NCBI GenBank assembly: GCA_028534125.1 | Contig: CM052816.1 | Location: 34,164,001-34,228,000, forward strand | DNA: 64,000 nt | From: Lama glama | Lineage: Eukaryota | Direction: 5' to 3' | Shown: positions 62,950 to 64,000 of the stretch, one piece after another | How the letters are laid out: each line of letters begins with the position of its first letter | How positions within the stretch are numbered: the stretch's first letter is position 1 | Position numbers and translations under genes: made by a program | The notes under the pieces: generated by a model | Told to the model about the DNA's origin: nothing | Seen by the model: the letters and a program-made list of their open reading frames with translations, nothing else | The model's database searches: none

Positions 62950-64000
62950 TTAAGATTTATTTCTCCCACCAGTATGGTAATTCCTTTCTTTACTGGTTTA
63001 GTAGCTCAAGGATCCACAAATATCCAAGTGAAAGTCAGAGCTTCAGGCTCAATGGATCCAGTATGGTCTCCCTTGTTCAAAGCATTACTTCACAGTTCTG
63101 AGAATGAGGGCTTTTAATTTAACGGATCCTAAGACTGTACAGATGACCAACTAATTCCACAAGCGAGTCCCTAGAAGAGATAATATGAGAGCCAATCCTA
63201 CTTCCACACACAGTTCCCAAATCCATGTCATTCAGCTACTGGGCACATAGCAAAAAAAATATTGGTCATTAGTTCAATGTACAAACTGCATCCTTGAAAA
63301 CAGATCCTGTACCTTGTGATATGTGACACTCAAGCTGGTACCTTAACTGAGCTCTCAAGAAGCCATTTTATCATCCTATTAGGCCAATTTTTCCCACAGG
63401 ATGTAGACACAGCAGTGGCAGGATACAACATGGGTGTAAATGCATCCATAGTCCTACCTCCTTTATGAGAAAGAATCTCTTGTGCAATGAGGCACAGTAT
63501 CTGATGTTGGTAAATCAAGCATTCAAAGCCCTCAAAGAATAGTGTTGTCAGAGGCACTGTAGACAGAGAAAGCAAACCCATATATGAAGCATGGGATACA
63601 GATTGACAATCCCGGTGTTGAATGGGTCTAGTAAAACTGACCTGCCCCTAAATGGATACCTGGTCTCTCAGGGATATCAAATCAAGGGCTTAGTGTCCAC
63701 CTCTGCTGGCAGGAGGGCAGTCAGAACTTAGCCTCAGTGCAGGCGGCCTCTATCCCTGCCACATCACTGCTCTGTTCACGGGCCTCTTGTGTAAGGACTA
63801 GGATAACCAAGAAGAAAGACTGTCTGGTATCCACAAAGTGAGTCATCTTATGCAGGTGATATTTAGTGACTCCTCTAAGTAGATGCTGGTGGGACGTGAG
63901 GCACAAAGATTCTTAATCTTTGTGTTCATTCCCATAAATCTATCCACATGTCTCTTCCTCAGACTTCTTTGTTTCTGGTTGTTTAATCTTGCTCTGAATA
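62950..64000 (-). pseudogene. pol: Decayed ERVL-family (class III ERV) pol: RNase H to integrase, running off the window end
   Basis: Minus-strand translation gives 'KEV*GRDMWIDLWE*TQRLRIFVPHV', 'QEAREQSSD..GRDRG', 'DCP..CQQRWTLSP' and 'ECLIYQHQI'. These match ERVL pol motifs (MWIDL, QWAHEQSGHGGRDG, CPTCQQQRPTLSP, ECLIHRHGI). There are many stops and frameshifts. Confidence 0.85.

Noticed and set aside
1..64000. ORF track entries as protein-coding genes
   Set aside because: All are short (163 aa or less), many start at non-ATG codons, and many lie in repeats or on their antisense strand. The only recognisable homologies are L1 ORF2 and ERVL pol remnants.
1..64000. Prokaryotic-type system (operon, defence island, CRISPR-Cas)
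   Set aside because: The sequence is mammalian (MIR, L2, L1, MaLR), with no gene-dense region and no repeat-spacer array.

Overview
This is mammalian genomic DNA: AT-rich, CpG-depleted, and intronic or intergenic in character. It is not prokaryotic. Roughly half of the window, judged by eye, is recognisable interspersed repeat: L1 copies of several ages, L2, a CR1/L3 end, MIRs, MaLR (MLT1) and ERVL LTRs, hAT fossils (MER20, MER58, Arthur1), and a decayed ERVL pol (RNase H-integrase) segment at the right end. The younger L1 3' UTRs are of cetartiodactyl type. I saw no pig PRE-1 or ruminant Bov-A/BovB elements, which suggests a camelid-like genome (inference). I could not identify any known protein-coding gene, RNA gene or CRISPR array, and the only ORFs with recognisable homology are L1 ORF2 and ERVL pol remnants. 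I found no convincing new biological system. The best leads are: (1) a TATA/MEF2 motif followed by a candidate first exon with a splice donor at about 40.5-40.7 kb, with possible downstream exons; (2) a 5'-end-only L1 insertion with an 18-bp TSD at 36.6 kb; (3) L1 copies whose 5' UTR is fused almost directly to the 3' end; (4) a three-layer nested insertion at 2-5 kb. Repeat family names come from recalled consensus sequences, and boundaries are approximate unless a TSD is given.
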